A stretch of 63,982 nt of DNA, filler included, from an uncultured bacterium (GCA_964371695.1; 7 parts of 7 records of this genome joined end to end with filler, not necessarily neighbours in it), one strand, 5' to 3'. Shown: positions 9,757 to 20,722, counted from the first letter of the whole stretch. The notes: generated by a model not told the origin, from the letters alone. Numbers and translations are program-made.

Positions 9757-10236
9757 TCACGGTTTGGCCGCCTTTTTGCAAAAGCTGCGCCAGAGGGCAT
9801 CCTGGTTTTTTGCGCCGCCCTTCAGAGACGACGGCAGCGGCCAGCGGCGGCAGGCCTGCGCCAGCTCGCGGGTTTCGAATTCATGTTTTTTGAAAAAGTG
9901 GAGCATGTCTCTTAAGGGTTTCGGGTCTCCCTGCCAGCATAATAAATAGGAAAACACGGCGGGCTGGCAAGCCGTGCGCACCTTTTGCTTATCCAGACAC
10001 GACCCCAGAAACGCCGGACCGGGCGACTGGCCCATGAGTGCGCGGGACATTTGTTGTGCCTGGGGACTGAAACGGCGGGTGTATTCATAGGGGCCGAAAT
10101 GATAAGGCGCAAAGTTGACGTGGGATGACTTTGGCCCGCACCAAACCACAAACAGCGGCAGGGCGGCCAACAGTGGCCACAGCAGAATCAGCTTTCGCCA
10201 ACGGGGGTGGGGCGGGATGGCAGGCGGCGCACTCAC
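9757..10236 (-). CDS. Hypothetical membrane-anchored/secreted protein
   Basis: ATGA overlap with the upstream giant gene; N-terminal hydrophobic segment. Confidence 0.55.
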   Translation of the reverse strand: MSAPPAIPPHPRWRKLILLWPLLAALPLFVVWCGPKSSHVNFAPYHFGPYEYTRRFSPQAQQMSRALMGQSPGPAFLGSCLDKQKVRTACQPAVFSYLLCWQGDPKPLRDMLHFFKKHEFETRELAQACRRWPLPSSLKGGAKNQDALWRSFCKKAAKP

Positions 10237-13200
10237 TGGTAAAGTGGGAAATCCACCAGCGCCATGCCGCCACGGGGCACGTCAAAAAGCTGCGAAAGAC
10301 CAGCCCTGGATTTCATGCCCCTTGGCACCGACGGCGGGAACAGTTTGAGCACGTGCTTGCCCGGCTTGAGCCCCACCATCGAAAACTTGCCATCCAGCCC
10401 CGTGTCCACGGCAATGCCGGTTTCGGTATAAAGCCGCACGCCAGCGAAACCGCCTTCGCCCCTGTCCTGCACCCCGTTGCGGTTGGCGTCCTGAAACACC
10501 TTCCCCAGCACCAGACCCGTGTCGCGAAAAACGCCCTCTTTGCCCCGCAGGTTCACCTGGGCGGTGGCGGTGACGTATTCCACGCGGGTGGGGTCTTTGG
10601 GGCGGTAAGTGACGGTGTTGGGATAGGTATTCAGCCCCGGGCGGCTGGCCCCCACCACCATGTAATAGGTCAGCACCAGTTTGTTGGGGGTGGTATCTGG
10701 AATCGTGATGGAGCTGCTGATGTCCAGGCCGCTGAACCCCAGCGCCGCGTTGGGGTTGGCGGCGTTGACGGCGGTGGGGCTGAGTTCAAAGATCATTTTT
10801 TTGCCCGGCATGGCGGGGTCATCCAACGGGTCAAACACCCGCAGGGTCTGGCCGCCATAAAGCAGGCGGGCCGAGCCGGGCAGGTATTTGAGCACCTGGG
10901 CGGGGGCATCCTCCAGAAAGAACTCCACCAGCGAGTCGCCTTCGCTCTGGCTCAAAAGCGAAACCGAAATCTGGTATTGCACCACGTCGCCGGTTTCGGC
11001 CTCGGTGACATTGACGGTCTTGCGCAGGTCAACACTCACCTTGTTGCTGACCTTGAAATCCAACCGGCGGGTAAACGAATTCCCCGCCAAATCCACGGCC
11101 TCATAAAACGCACTGTAAAGCCCCACCGGCAACGCCGTGGCGGCATCGGCCCGGAACTGTTTGCCCGGCACGTCATAAAGCGTGGTGGGGAGGGTTTGCT
11201 GGCAGCCGCCGTATTGCCCCACCACCGTGCCCTGGGGGCAGAGATAGATGGTGATGCGTGCGAGGTCGTCATCAATGCTCCAGGAGCCACTGAGGATGCG
11301 ATTCCAACCACCGCCCTCCACCAGACTGCCGTCTATGTCGTCGTCGCGAAAGGTGATGGTCTGGCCATCGCTGAGGTTGGCGGGAATCACATCTGGCGGC
11401 AGGTTGTCCAGCACAAATGACGCGCTGCTCACCGAACTGTTCCCCGCGCTGTCGGTGAACCGCAGGAAGAGGAAATACGCGCCGTCACCGCCGCCGCCCG
11501 GCAGGTTGGCGGCATCTCCCCGCACACAATAATCCACCGTGGCGGCAGGCAGGGCCGTGCGCCAGCCGCAGGGGGTGTGCGAACGGGCGCTGCGGGCGGC
11601 GGGCAGAGCTTCCAGGTCTTGCCGATAGGCCGTGTCGTCTGGCGCAGCGGTGCGGGAGAACTGGTATTCCAGTCGCACGATGCGGCCACGGGGAATGTTG
11701 GGGTTGAGCGTGCGGTCATCCAGGCTGCCCTGCCAGTCAAAAAAGGCTGAGCGCACAAACACAAAAGGCGACACGGTGGCCCCCTTTGGATTGCGCTCGA
11801 AAAGGCCCGTGAGTGTGGCGGCGATATCAGCGTTGTGTACAGCGCCCGCCTGTTGCGACGACAGTTCGGAGGTGGCTGGAGATGTTTTGTCCACCAGAAC
11901 CAACACACTGGCGCTGGTTTCGTTGCGGGCGGGCAGGTCAAAAAACCGCTGATCCACCTGATACAGCCCTTCTGGCACGGCACTCAGGCTCCACTGTGTG
12001 GTGATGATGTTCTGCTGCAACAAATTGTTGTCAGGCAAAAGTGAAAACGCCGCACCGGCAAGGGGCGCACCAGAGAAATAACTCAGGCCGCCGTCCAGCG
12101 AAGTGAGCGGCCGGATGTCGTACAACACTTCTCCTGGCTCACCGGCAAGGCTCAGCAGCGTGACAGCGTTCTGGCTTGGCCCGCCTGCGGCCTCGGTGTT
12201 GATGATGGCCACGGTTTGCCCACCGGGCGTGAGCACCACCTGGGTGAAAGTTTCGTAATCCGCCTGGGTCTGGTCTGACACCAACAGGTCGTTTTGCAGC
12301 ACGTTGCCCACGCCGGGGGGCGCAACGGCGGTGACGGAATCCTGCACCACCTCACCCAGCGCCGGGTTGGCGGCGAACACCGCCGCGAGCACCGGGTCTG
12401 CCGCGATGCTGGCGGGTGTGGGTTTGTCCACCTTCGGCTCGGTGTCCACACGGGCCTCGACGCGGGCGTTGAAAGGCGGCCCCACGGTGTCGCTGCCCGC
12501 GTTGCCCAAAAGGTCATCGGCCCACACCGTCACCACCACCTGATTGGCGTCTTCGGCGAGGCGCACGATTTCATCCACCAGCGCCGACGCTTGGGGAGCG
12601 GGCATGTTCTGGACAATGCCAATCTCCAGCGGGTCGTTCAGGCCATACTGGATATCCAGACGGTAATAGAGGTTGCGCTGCCCCACGCCCTGACCATCGG
12701 CGTCCGTCAGCACATCCAAGTCCAGAATGCGCAGCAGCTCGCCCCCCACGTCGGTGGTGGCGGAGTAAGTCGCCACGTTGGTGGCCGGGTCAACCACCAG
12801 CGGCTGACCCAGAGGGGTGAGAAAACGCGCCGTGGTGAACTGGGGCGCGGTGGTGTCCACCACAAAGGTGGCCTGACCAGGGGCGATGAGGTTGCCCGCA
12901 GGATCCTGCGCGCCAGAAATCTCCGCCGTGAACTGGCCATCCTGCGGCAGTTGACTGGTGAGCAATGTGGCGCGCCACTGGGCGTCGCCGGTGCCGGGGG
13001 TGTAGCCCTGTGAGTTGAAGAAAAGGTTGAGCAGGTTGCCCGCCGGGTCCCGCACCTGGGCCAGAGGAATCACCGTGATGTCCATGGCCTCGGAGAACAA
13101 CACCGTCAGCTCCAGCGTGCCCGGCCCCAAAAAGCGGATGTTGGTGATGGGCTGCTGGGCATTCACCACCGGGTTGTCCACATCGGCGTTCTGAATGTTG

Positions 13201-16200
13201 GGCGCAATGAGGTCCACAAAAATGCCGTCGCTGGAAGCCAGCCCCATGTTGCCGGCGCGGTCTTCGGCCCAGACATAAACCGTGTGCTGGCCGTTGGCGG
13301 CGGCCAACAGGCCCGGACTGCCCCCAACGTCGCTGGTGACACCGGCGGGCACGGGTTTCTGACCGCCGCTGTCGGTGTCCAGTTCGTAATAATGGTTCAC
13401 GATGCCGCTGCCCGCGCCATCGGTGGCGGTGAAGGTGAAGTTGATCTGGGGCTGGGTGGTGAAGGGCGCGCCGCCCTCGGCCACCACGTTGCTCACCACC
13501 GGGGCGAGGGTGTCGATTTCGAACATGGCGCGCAGGGGGGCCTGATCGGTGTCGGTGGTGCTGATGGCGTTGCTGGCGAGATCCTGTGCGCCGGTGATGC
13601 GCATGGCGTGCAGTCCGTTTTCCGTGCCCTGGGCCACCAGCAACTGCCCCTGCCACTGCGTGGCGCTGACCCAACCCGGATTGGCCGTAAAAACGCCGCC
13701 CGAAGCAAAAGGCGTCGCCAGACCAAACGCAACACCGGGGTTCACCAACTGGTCCATGGCCTCGCTGAAATCAATGGTGACAAACACCGTTTCGGTGCTG
13801 GCCAGGGGGTCGCCCCCCGTGGTGGTGCTGCCGTTGCTGGTGGAAAGCACAACGGCCGTCACCTGGGGCATGCCGGTGTCCACCTGAATGCTGTCGCTCA
13901 CCGCCGCGCCCACGTTGCCCGCGTTGTCCTCAGCCCAGACATAAATGGTGTGCAGGCCATCGGTGGGCACCGTGACGTTGAGGTTGACCGAAGCACCGTT
14001 CTGGGGAATCAGTGTTTTATCGGTGGTGCTGGCGGTATCGGGCGTGGGGGCGTTGAAGGAGTAAAAATATTGAAGGATGCCACTGGCAGGCGCGGTGGGG
14101 GGCGCGGCGTCTGCCCCGTTGAAGGTAAGCGCGAGCGTGGTGCTGGTGGCATAGGCCGCGCCGCCATTGAGCTGCACGCTGCTCACACCTGGGTCCACGG
14201 TGTCAATCACGCCGGTCTGGGTGTTGGTAACCATGGTATTGCCTGCGTCATCCTGCGCGGCGCTGAACTTGAAGCTGTTCAGGCCGTCGGTGGCCAGCAC
14301 GTTGTCCACAATGGTGATCAACCCCATCCACACCTGTTTGCCGCCAGAGATTTGCCAGCCATTGACGCCGCCGCTGGAGGTGACCACAAAGTTGTTGGGG
14401 GGAGGCGTGCCGAAGCCGACATCGGCTGTCACCGCCACGCTGGTGCTCATGGTTTCGCTGAAACTGAGTTGAATGAGATGAGCACCCGCCTTGGTGGGCG
14501 TGGGGTCTGCAATCACAAATTCCAGCAGCGTGGGCACTGTGGTGTCCACCGTCAGCGCGGGGCCAGCGGTGCAGGTGCTCACGTTGTTCACGCGGTCGGT
14601 GGCGCGCACCTTGACGAAATAGGTGCCGTCGGCCAATGACAGGCCCGTGAATGTGTGACTGGTGTTCAGCCCCACGTTGGTAAAAGCGATGGTGGCGACG
14701 TCGGCGCAACTGGCGGTGGCGCCCACGCCCACCTCGGTGAACATGGTGCCCGCGCCCTGGGCGTCACTGGTCGCTGTTTTGTCATCCACGTAAGCGTCCC
14801 AGTTGACGGTCAACGAGGTGTTGAAGATGTTCTTGTCGTGGCTGGTTCCCCCAGACCCGTTGCGCACCGCGCCGGTAATACGGGGGGGCTTGTTGTCCAG
14901 CAGCACTTTGAAGGTGTCGGTGGCGTTGTTATAAAGGAAGTCCTTGGCAGTGACGGTGAAATCGCCGTTAAAAGACGTGCTGCTGGTGAAGTTGAACGTT
15001 TCGTCAAACGTCTGGGCGGTGGTGGGAAAAGGCGCGGCGCTGATGGTGACCTTGCCGGTGCCGGTGGTGGTGAAGCCTGTTTGCAGAGCCAAGTGGGTGA
15101 TTTCACGCAGACCCGACAAAACATCCTGCGCCACCACGCGGGCGCTGAAGCTGCCCGCCCCCACCTGACTGTAAAACACACAGGGCTGCACGGTGCAGGG
15201 CGGGTTGGGCTCTGGCGGCATGGGCACGTAGCTGTTGACGCCCGCCGAAAGGCTGATGGACGAAATATTGGGCAGGGATCGGTCCACAATAAAAGCCAGC
15301 TGATAGGGTGGGTATTGTGCGCTGCCGGAGATTTGGATGTTGTCGGCGATGTCCCGCACATAAATCGAGGCGGTGTAGCTGCCGTCGGGCAATGAACTGA
15401 ACGTGGTCAGATTCATGGTGATGGTGAATGGCTCGGTGATTTCGTCAAATGTGCCGTCCGTGGCGTTGAATGTGACGCCAGCAGGTGAAGCACTGCTGGT
15501 AATGTTATGGGTCTGAATACCCGTGGCCCGGTCGATCAAGGCCATCTGAATCAACCCCTGGCCAGCGGGCAGGCCCGTGGGGGTCTTGATGAGGTTGTTG
15601 CCCAGGCCAATGTCGCTGGCTTGCAGCTTGAACACCACGCTGCTGGAAAAAGAGGCTGGTGAGTCGGTGCCATTGTCCACAATGGAAGGCGGCACGATGT
15701 CCGTCGCAAAAGCGGCCAGATTGTCATTGGAAGTGCCGATGAACACATAACCCACGGCCGCACCGCCGCCCAGGGGGACTTCCATGATCATGGGGTTGCC
15801 ACGAGGCTGGCCTGCCCCCAGGTCCAGGGTGTTTTTTCCGGCATTGTCCACAATGCTGGCGGGCGTGGTCACGTCCATGGCCATGAGCTGGTTGCCCCCG
15901 CCGGGGCCTGTGCCAAAAAACACGAACTTTTTGCTGTTCACCGTGTCCATCGCCATCACGGGCCAGCCGGTGCTCTGGGTGGTTGTATAAGCGGTGCCGG
16001 TTTTGCTGCCCAGGTTGCTCAGTGTTCCAAAACCGGTCTCCTGCCCCACAAAAAAGTTGGGCAAGCCGCCCGACTGGGTGAAGTTGGAGAAATAAAGCAG
16101 ACTCTGGCCGCACAGGGTGCTGGGGCAATAGGCGGGCGGCGTTTGCAGACCCGTGCCGATGGAGGTACCACCAATGGAGTTGATGAGCACTTCGTTGCCG

Positions 16201-17561
16201 CCGCTACCAAAGGTGCCTGCGGCCGCAATGGTGCCCGCCAGGGCGGCAGCCCGGTTGGAGTGCGTTTCATAAAACTGGTTCAGATCTGCCGCATAAACCG
16301 CCCCATAGGCTCCGTTGCGGGTATAGGTGCTGGAGCCAAAAGTGCCCACCACATCGGCGTCCAGAAAAAACCGCTTGGCGCTGCTGGGGGTGGTGGCGTG
16401 CTGAATGGGCAGAAAAATCTTGCTGGCGTTGGTGTAACTGTCTGCCGCCATGGGACCGATCGTGCCGTGGTTGACATCAATCTGGTAAACCCCCGGCGCG
16501 ATGGCTCCGCCCCCGGCACAGATGCGCAAGGGTTTGACCTCGCCATTGTCGCCACTGCTGGGGACACTGGCAAAGGCCACGATGAACTCGGTGCCGTTGT
16601 TGTAAATCAGGGGCGGGCTTTTGCCCCAGGGCACACCGGCGTTCAGCGCACCAGACCACTGCACGGTGGTGAGGCTGAAGGGGTCCAGCGACTTCACCGC
16701 GCCGGAGGTGCTGTGAATGATCAGGTGGCTGCTGCCGACACAACCCCCGCCGGTGGCGATGCCGTTGGCGGGCAACAGGGCCGGGCCTGCGAGATCGTAA
16801 GCAGCAGGATAGCTGGCCGTTTCCAGGATGTTGCCGGTTTCGGCGTCAATGCGGTGGACATCTCCCGCCGTGGTGAGTACCCAAATGTAATAATTGCCGT
16901 CGGTGTGCTGCATGCCCACCGGCGCGCCCACCAGCCCCGCCCCAAGATCGGTAGACCACACCTGACCCAGTTTTTCGGCGTCGAACGATTCGCCACAAGC
17001 CGTGGACCCCGTGCTGCTTGCGTCATGGCGGGCCTGGAGCCAGTTGTTGTCGGCCTGGGCGCAGGAGGCGAAAGTTTTTTGCGGAAAAAGAACGGCGGCG
17101 AATAAAAACAGGGTGACGAAGCAAAGGGCGAAATATTCTCCTCTCCCCTTTATGAACCTGTTTATTAAGTCCCTCCTGGACTTTATAAACCCAATCAGGG
17201 CCAAGCAAAGCCAGGCCCTGATGGCGAAAACCTCAACGTTTTCAACGTTTCGGCTTTCGGATGCGGCCATCCATGGCCGCAAGAGCCTGTTGGTAGGTTT
17301 TTTGACTACTTTATAAACAGGCTCTATGGGGAGAGGACGATGCGAAGCATCGGGTGAGGGGTTTGAAATAAAAGCAAAATACATTTGTTTTTTTTCTTTT
17401 GCCTGACCCCTCACCCGGCCCTCCGGGCCGCCCTCTCCCCATAAAGGGGAGAGGGAAGGATGGGGGCTTTTGGGCAAAAGACCACTCCAGGAAAAAGCCA
17501 AACCCGCGTGTTTTGGGTGCGACTGCGGCAAGCGCCTATTTTTGTCGTTTTTCAGCAGCAC
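10233..17561 (-). CDS. Giant secreted protein: PQQ-like beta-propeller, bacterial Ig-like repeats, DUF11 and SdrD B-like C-terminus
   Basis: Hydrophobic h-region 'FALCFVTLFLFAAVLF..TFA'; 'NNWLQARHDASSTG'; many DTTxP/DxAGN Ig-like repeats; 'RKTVNVTEAETGDVVQYQI'; 'GKVFQDANRNGVQDRGEGG'. GTG start is 3 nt after the upstream stop; the N-terminus contains repeats. Confidence 0.85.
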   Translation of the reverse strand: MLLKNDKNRRLPQSHPKHAGLAFSWSGLLPKSPHPSLSPLWGEGGPEGRVRGQAKEKKQMYFAFISNPSPDASHRPLPIEPVYKVVKKPTNRLLRPWMAASESRNVENVEVFAIRAWLCLALIGFIKSRRDLINRFIKGRGEYFALCFVTLFLFAAVLFPQKTFASCAQADNNWLQARHDASSTGSTACGESFDAEKLGQVWSTDLGAGLVGAPVGMQHTDGNYYIWVLTTAGDVHRIDAETGNILETASYPAAYDLAGPALLPANGIATGGGCVGSSHLIIHSTSGAVKSLDPFSLTTVQWSGALNAGVPWGKSPPLIYNNGTEFIVAFASVPSSGDNGEVKPLRICAGGGAIAPGVYQIDVNHGTIGPMAADSYTNASKIFLPIQHATTPSSAKRFFLDADVVGTFGSSTYTRNGAYGAVYAADLNQFYETHSNRAAALAGTIAAAGTFGSGGNEVLINSIGGTSIGTGLQTPPAYCPSTLCGQSLLYFSNFTQSGGLPNFFVGQETGFGTLSNLGSKTGTAYTTTQSTGWPVMAMDTVNSKKFVFFGTGPGGGNQLMAMDVTTPASIVDNAGKNTLDLGAGQPRGNPMIMEVPLGGGAAVGYVFIGTSNDNLAAFATDIVPPSIVDNGTDSPASFSSSVVFKLQASDIGLGNNLIKTPTGLPAGQGLIQMALIDRATGIQTHNITSSASPAGVTFNATDGTFDEITEPFTITMNLTTFSSLPDGSYTASIYVRDIADNIQISGSAQYPPYQLAFIVDRSLPNISSISLSAGVNSYVPMPPEPNPPCTVQPCVFYSQVGAGSFSARVVAQDVLSGLREITHLALQTGFTTTGTGKVTISAAPFPTTAQTFDETFNFTSSTSFNGDFTVTAKDFLYNNATDTFKVLLDNKPPRITGAVRNGSGGTSHDKNIFNTSLTVNWDAYVDDKTATSDAQGAGTMFTEVGVGATASCADVATIAFTNVGLNTSHTFTGLSLADGTYFVKVRATDRVNNVSTCTAGPALTVDTTVPTLLEFVIADPTPTKAGAHLIQLSFSETMSTSVAVTADVGFGTPPPNNFVVTSSGGVNGWQISGGKQVWMGLITIVDNVLATDGLNSFKFSAAQDDAGNTMVTNTQTGVIDTVDPGVSSVQLNGGAAYATSTTLALTFNGADAAPPTAPASGILQYFYSFNAPTPDTASTTDKTLIPQNGASVNLNVTVPTDGLHTIYVWAEDNAGNVGAAVSDSIQVDTGMPQVTAVVLSTSNGSTTTGGDPLASTETVFVTIDFSEAMDQLVNPGVAFGLATPFASGGVFTANPGWVSATQWQGQLLVAQGTENGLHAMRITGAQDLASNAISTTDTDQAPLRAMFEIDTLAPVVSNVVAEGGAPFTTQPQINFTFTATDGAGSGIVNHYYELDTDSGGQKPVPAGVTSDVGGSPGLLAAANGQHTVYVWAEDRAGNMGLASSDGIFVDLIAPNIQNADVDNPVVNAQQPITNIRFLGPGTLELTVLFSEAMDITVIPLAQVRDPAGNLLNLFFNSQGYTPGTGDAQWRATLLTSQLPQDGQFTAEISGAQDPAGNLIAPGQATFVVDTTAPQFTTARFLTPLGQPLVVDPATNVATYSATTDVGGELLRILDLDVLTDADGQGVGQRNLYYRLDIQYGLNDPLEIGIVQNMPAPQASALVDEIVRLAEDANQVVVTVWADDLLGNAGSDTVGPPFNARVEARVDTEPKVDKPTPASIAADPVLAAVFAANPALGEVVQDSVTAVAPPGVGNVLQNDLLVSDQTQADYETFTQVVLTPGGQTVAIINTEAAGGPSQNAVTLLSLAGEPGEVLYDIRPLTSLDGGLSYFSGAPLAGAAFSLLPDNNLLQQNIITTQWSLSAVPEGLYQVDQRFFDLPARNETSASVLVLVDKTSPATSELSSQQAGAVHNADIAATLTGLFERNPKGATVSPFVFVRSAFFDWQGSLDDRTLNPNIPRGRIVRLEYQFSRTAAPDDTAYRQDLEALPAARSARSHTPCGWRTALPAATVDYCVRGDAANLPGGGGDGAYFLFLRFTDSAGNSSVSSASFVLDNLPPDVIPANLSDGQTITFRDDDIDGSLVEGGGWNRILSGSWSIDDDLARITIYLCPQGTVVGQYGGCQQTLPTTLYDVPGKQFRADAATALPVGLYSAFYEAVDLAGNSFTRRLDFKVSNKVSVDLRKTVNVTEAETGDVVQYQISVSLLSQSEGDSLVEFFLEDAPAQVLKYLPGSARLLYGGQTLRVFDPLDDPAMPGKKMIFELSPTAVNAANPNAALGFSGLDISSSITIPDTTPNKLVLTYYMVVGASRPGLNTYPNTVTYRPKDPTRVEYVTATAQVNLRGKEGVFRDTGLVLGKVFQDANRNGVQDRGEGGFAGVRLYTETGIAVDTGLDGKFSMVGLKPGKHVLKLFPPSVPRGMKSRAGLSQLFDVPRGGMALVDFPLYQ
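17140..17455. repeat. REP doublet interrupted by a MITE, inside the 5' end of the giant gene
   Basis: CTCTCCCCTT-TAT[MITE]TAT-GGGGAGAGG...GGTGAGGGG, A/T spacer, CCCCTCACCC...CCCTCTCCCCATAAAGGGGAGAGGG. Confidence 0.88.
17154..17324 (+). mobile_element. MITE-like structured element, copy 1 (171 bp, TAT duplication)
   Basis: Ends GAACCTGTTTAT / ATAAACAGGCTC, flanked by TAT direct repeats; the empty site CTCTCCCCTTTATGGGGAGAGG is seen at 9589-9610. Confidence 0.85.
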
Positions 17562-17564
17562 GGT

Positions 17565-19018
17565 TCAATATTTCAGGTTCAGGCGAAAGTAGGGCCCCGT
17601 GGCCTTGGCGGCGCGGGTGTAATAATCCTCATCCTTGAATTGCATCCACTGATAACCCATGGCCAGACGGGTGGTGTCTGCCGTGCGGGGGGCCCAATAA
17701 CCCAGCTCCACCCCATAGTTGCGGAACAGCGTGTGAGACTCCCGCTGGCGCAGCACGCTGTAATCGCCCTGGGCGTCCCACCGGGTGGTGAGTTTGCGGT
17801 TGAGCCGCGCCAGCCACAGGTCGCTGCGGCTACGCACGCCAAAACCGTCGGCAAACAGAAAATCGCCTTCTTTGAGCGAATACCGCAGGGTCATCTGCAA
17901 ATCGCGGTCCAGCATGGCCCCCACCTCGGCGTTCAGGCTCTGCTGAATACGCTCGCTGCCGATGAGGGTTTCGGCCTTGCGCTGATAACTCAGCAGGCCA
18001 GACAGGGTTTGTGTGCTGGTGCTGCGATAGGCCATGCCAAAGAGCAGGTCTGAGCGATCCACGCCGGTGCGGTCCACCGAGTGGGTGCTGAAACGCCCGA
18101 ACAGCGTGGTGTCGTCGCTGGTGGCTCCTTCCACCGCCAAAAAGAGCGCATCGGTGGTGTCCGCGCCGTTTTCGCGCCGTTCGATGCGCGCACTGCCCTT
18201 GAGGTGCGACTGGGGGTTGAACTCCAGCCCCGCCGCCATGGCGCGGGTGTCCTGGTCACGCCCGCTGCTTTCGCGGGCCAGGCCCTGTTCATAGGCGAGG
18301 GTGGCGCTCACCCTGTCGTTCAGTTTCAAACGCTGCTGGGTGCCGATGAGCATGGCGTTTCTCACGCCTGAGGCCCCGCTGAGCAACTGATAACTCACGT
18401 AACTGCGCCGGTTGCGGCTCTCTTGCACCGTGCTGCTCACACCGGCATAAATGGTGGGGTCGGTATTGCCCTCGTTCACATGGCGGACATAGAGATTGGT
18501 GCGGGCATCCCACTGATAGGTCAGGCCCACCTTCTGCACGGTCTGGTCCCCCCCGGTGTCGGGAGAGATGTTTTCCTGCGCGGCTTCCACCGCCAGCTTT
18601 TTCGTAAGTTGATAACCCGCCTCCAGGTGCGCCCGGCTGATGTCTCCCCGCGGTGCGCTGTCGTCCTCCAGACGAGCGCTCACACGCAACTTGCGCAGAC
18701 TGTAGCTGGCCCGCAGACCCTGGCGCTCGGCCACACCGGCGGCGTTTTCGGTGCGGCTTTTGTCCACTGACACCAGCAGGTTTTTGTTGACCCGGTAACT
18801 GGCCCCCAGGGTGTGTTTGGTGGCCCCGCGCTCTGAGAAACTCACGTTTTCATCCCCAAAGCGGTCGTCCATGTCCATCCAGTGAAACGACCAGCCCAGG
18901 CGGCCTTCGTGGTGCAGGTTGAGTTTCTGCGCGTAGCCTTCCAGCCCCTGGGCCTGACTGTCGCTCCAGGCGGTTTCATAATCCAGCTTGCCAATTTTTT
19001 TGCCGAGGGACTGCGACC
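17565..19018 (-). CDS. C-terminal part of a large outer-membrane beta-barrel protein (5' truncated by the contig end)
   Basis: Alternating amphipathic beta-strands ending 'GPYFRLNLKY'; the frame stays open to the contig edge. Confidence 0.8.
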
Positions 19019-19118
19019 NNNNNNNNNNNNNNNNNNNNNNNNNNNNNNNNNNNNNNNNNNNNTTAATTAATTAANNNNNNNNNNNNNNNNNNNNNNNNNN
19101 NNNNNNNNNNNNNNNNNN
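19019..19118. other. Artificial contig linker
   Basis: N44-TTAATTAATTAA-N44. Confidence 0.97.
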
Positions 19119-20607
19119 CCTGTGTGGTGTGCTGGCGGTGGGCCTGGGGCTGGGGGGCGCGTCGCTGGTCACTTTTACGCAGGTCAATCGGAACTTTGTG
19201 AACTGGCTGAGTTTTTTGCCTCTGGTGCTGCCGCCCTTTGTGGGAGCCGTGGGGGTCAAACGCCTGCTGGTGGAATACGGCCCGGTGAACCTGTGGCTCA
19301 TGGACAACCGGCTGATCACCGAGCCAGTTCCCTGGGTGACCCACTTTGGTTTGTGGGGCGTGGCCCTGTTGCAGGCGCTGCACCTTTATCCGCTGGTTTA
19401 TTTTCAGCTCAGCGCGGCCATGTCCCGTCAGGATCCAGCCCTGATGGAAGCCGCCCGTGTGCATGGCCTGCCCCCCCTGGCGGCCTGGCGGCGGGTGGGC
19501 CTGCCCCTGCTCATGCCGCCACTGCTGAGCGGTTTTCTGATGGTGGCGCTTTTCAGTCTGGCCGATCTGGGTACGCCCCTGCTGTTTGATTTCCCCGACG
19601 TGCTGGCGGCCAAAATCTATACCCTGGCCAAAGAGGGCGTCACCGACCCCATGGGTTATGTCTATGCCCTGTGGCTGATGGCCGTGGTGGTGGCGGGCAG
19701 TGTGCTGATGCAGGTCATCACCCACGCCCGGCCGGTGGCCAGCGAGTCTGACCAGCCCTTTACCCGTCATGGCGGGGTGTGGACGCTGCTGGCCTGGGTG
19801 TTTTTTGGCGGTGTGGCGCTGCTGGGGCTGCTGCCCCACGCCACGGTGATCCTCAGCGCCCTGGCCCAGGACTGGGTGGCCACGGTGTGGCCTGAAAAAC
19901 TCAGCCTGTCGGCCTTTGTGTGGCTTTCTCAGGCCGAGCTGCCCCGCAAGGCGCTTTTCAGCGGTTTCTGGCTCAGCACCCTGAGTGCGCTTTTGATGTG
20001 TCTGGGTGCGCTCACGGCCACCCTGAGCGCCATGAACCTGCCCCATGCGCCCGGGGCAAAACGCCTGCTGGACCGCCTGATGGACAGTCCCCTGGTGATT
20101 CCGGGCATTCTGGTGGCCTATGGCTGGCTCATGGCCTTCACCGGCACGCCGCTGGACGCCTTCACCGCCCCCGCCGTGGCCCTGGTGTGCGCCTATACCG
20201 TGCGGCGGCTGCCCCTGGTGCATCGCTCGGTGCAGGCCACGGCCCAGGCGCTCAGCGGCTCTCCTTTTGAAGCGGCCAGGGTGCATGGTGTTTCCCCTGC
20301 CCTCACGTTATGGCGCATCACCTTGCCGCTGTTGTGGCCCAGCCTGTTCAGCGGTTTCATGGTGGGGTTCGCCTTTACGTTTTTTGAGGTGAGCGACAGC
20401 CTGCTGCTGGCCACCAGCGACAGAGTGGTGCCCATGGCCAAGGCGATGTATCAGATGGCCCATTTCCCGGAAGACGGCTCGCGTCTGGCCTCGGCCCTGG
20501 GGGTGGTGGGCATGGTGGTGATGGCGGTGTTCTATGCCCTGGCGGCGGCATTGGGGGGCGGGTTGGGGGCTGTTTTTGGTGGGGAAAAGGCTCCTGCGAA
20601 GGGGTGA
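19119..20607 (+). CDS. Fe3+/thiamine-type ABC transporter permease (FbpB-like, two fused modules), 5' truncated
   Basis: Two EAA loops ('LMEAARVHG', 'FEAARVHG'), 'LPLVLPPFVGA', 'LADLGTPLL'. Confidence 0.88.
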
Positions 20608-20722
20608 AACAAGGCGATGTCGCAAACTGAAAAAGCAAACGTTTAGCGCCTAAAAACACGGAGAGTCAAAAAATTCACTCCCCCGGATTGATTGTTAGAG
20701 CTGCTTTGGGCGGGGTATACTA

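Noticed and set aside
10125-17105. Numerous long antisense/alternate-frame ORFs (for example 10125-11420 and 13284-14639, also 30981-32549)
   Set aside because: Shadow ORFs from high GC3 opposite well-supported genes, with no recognisable motifs.
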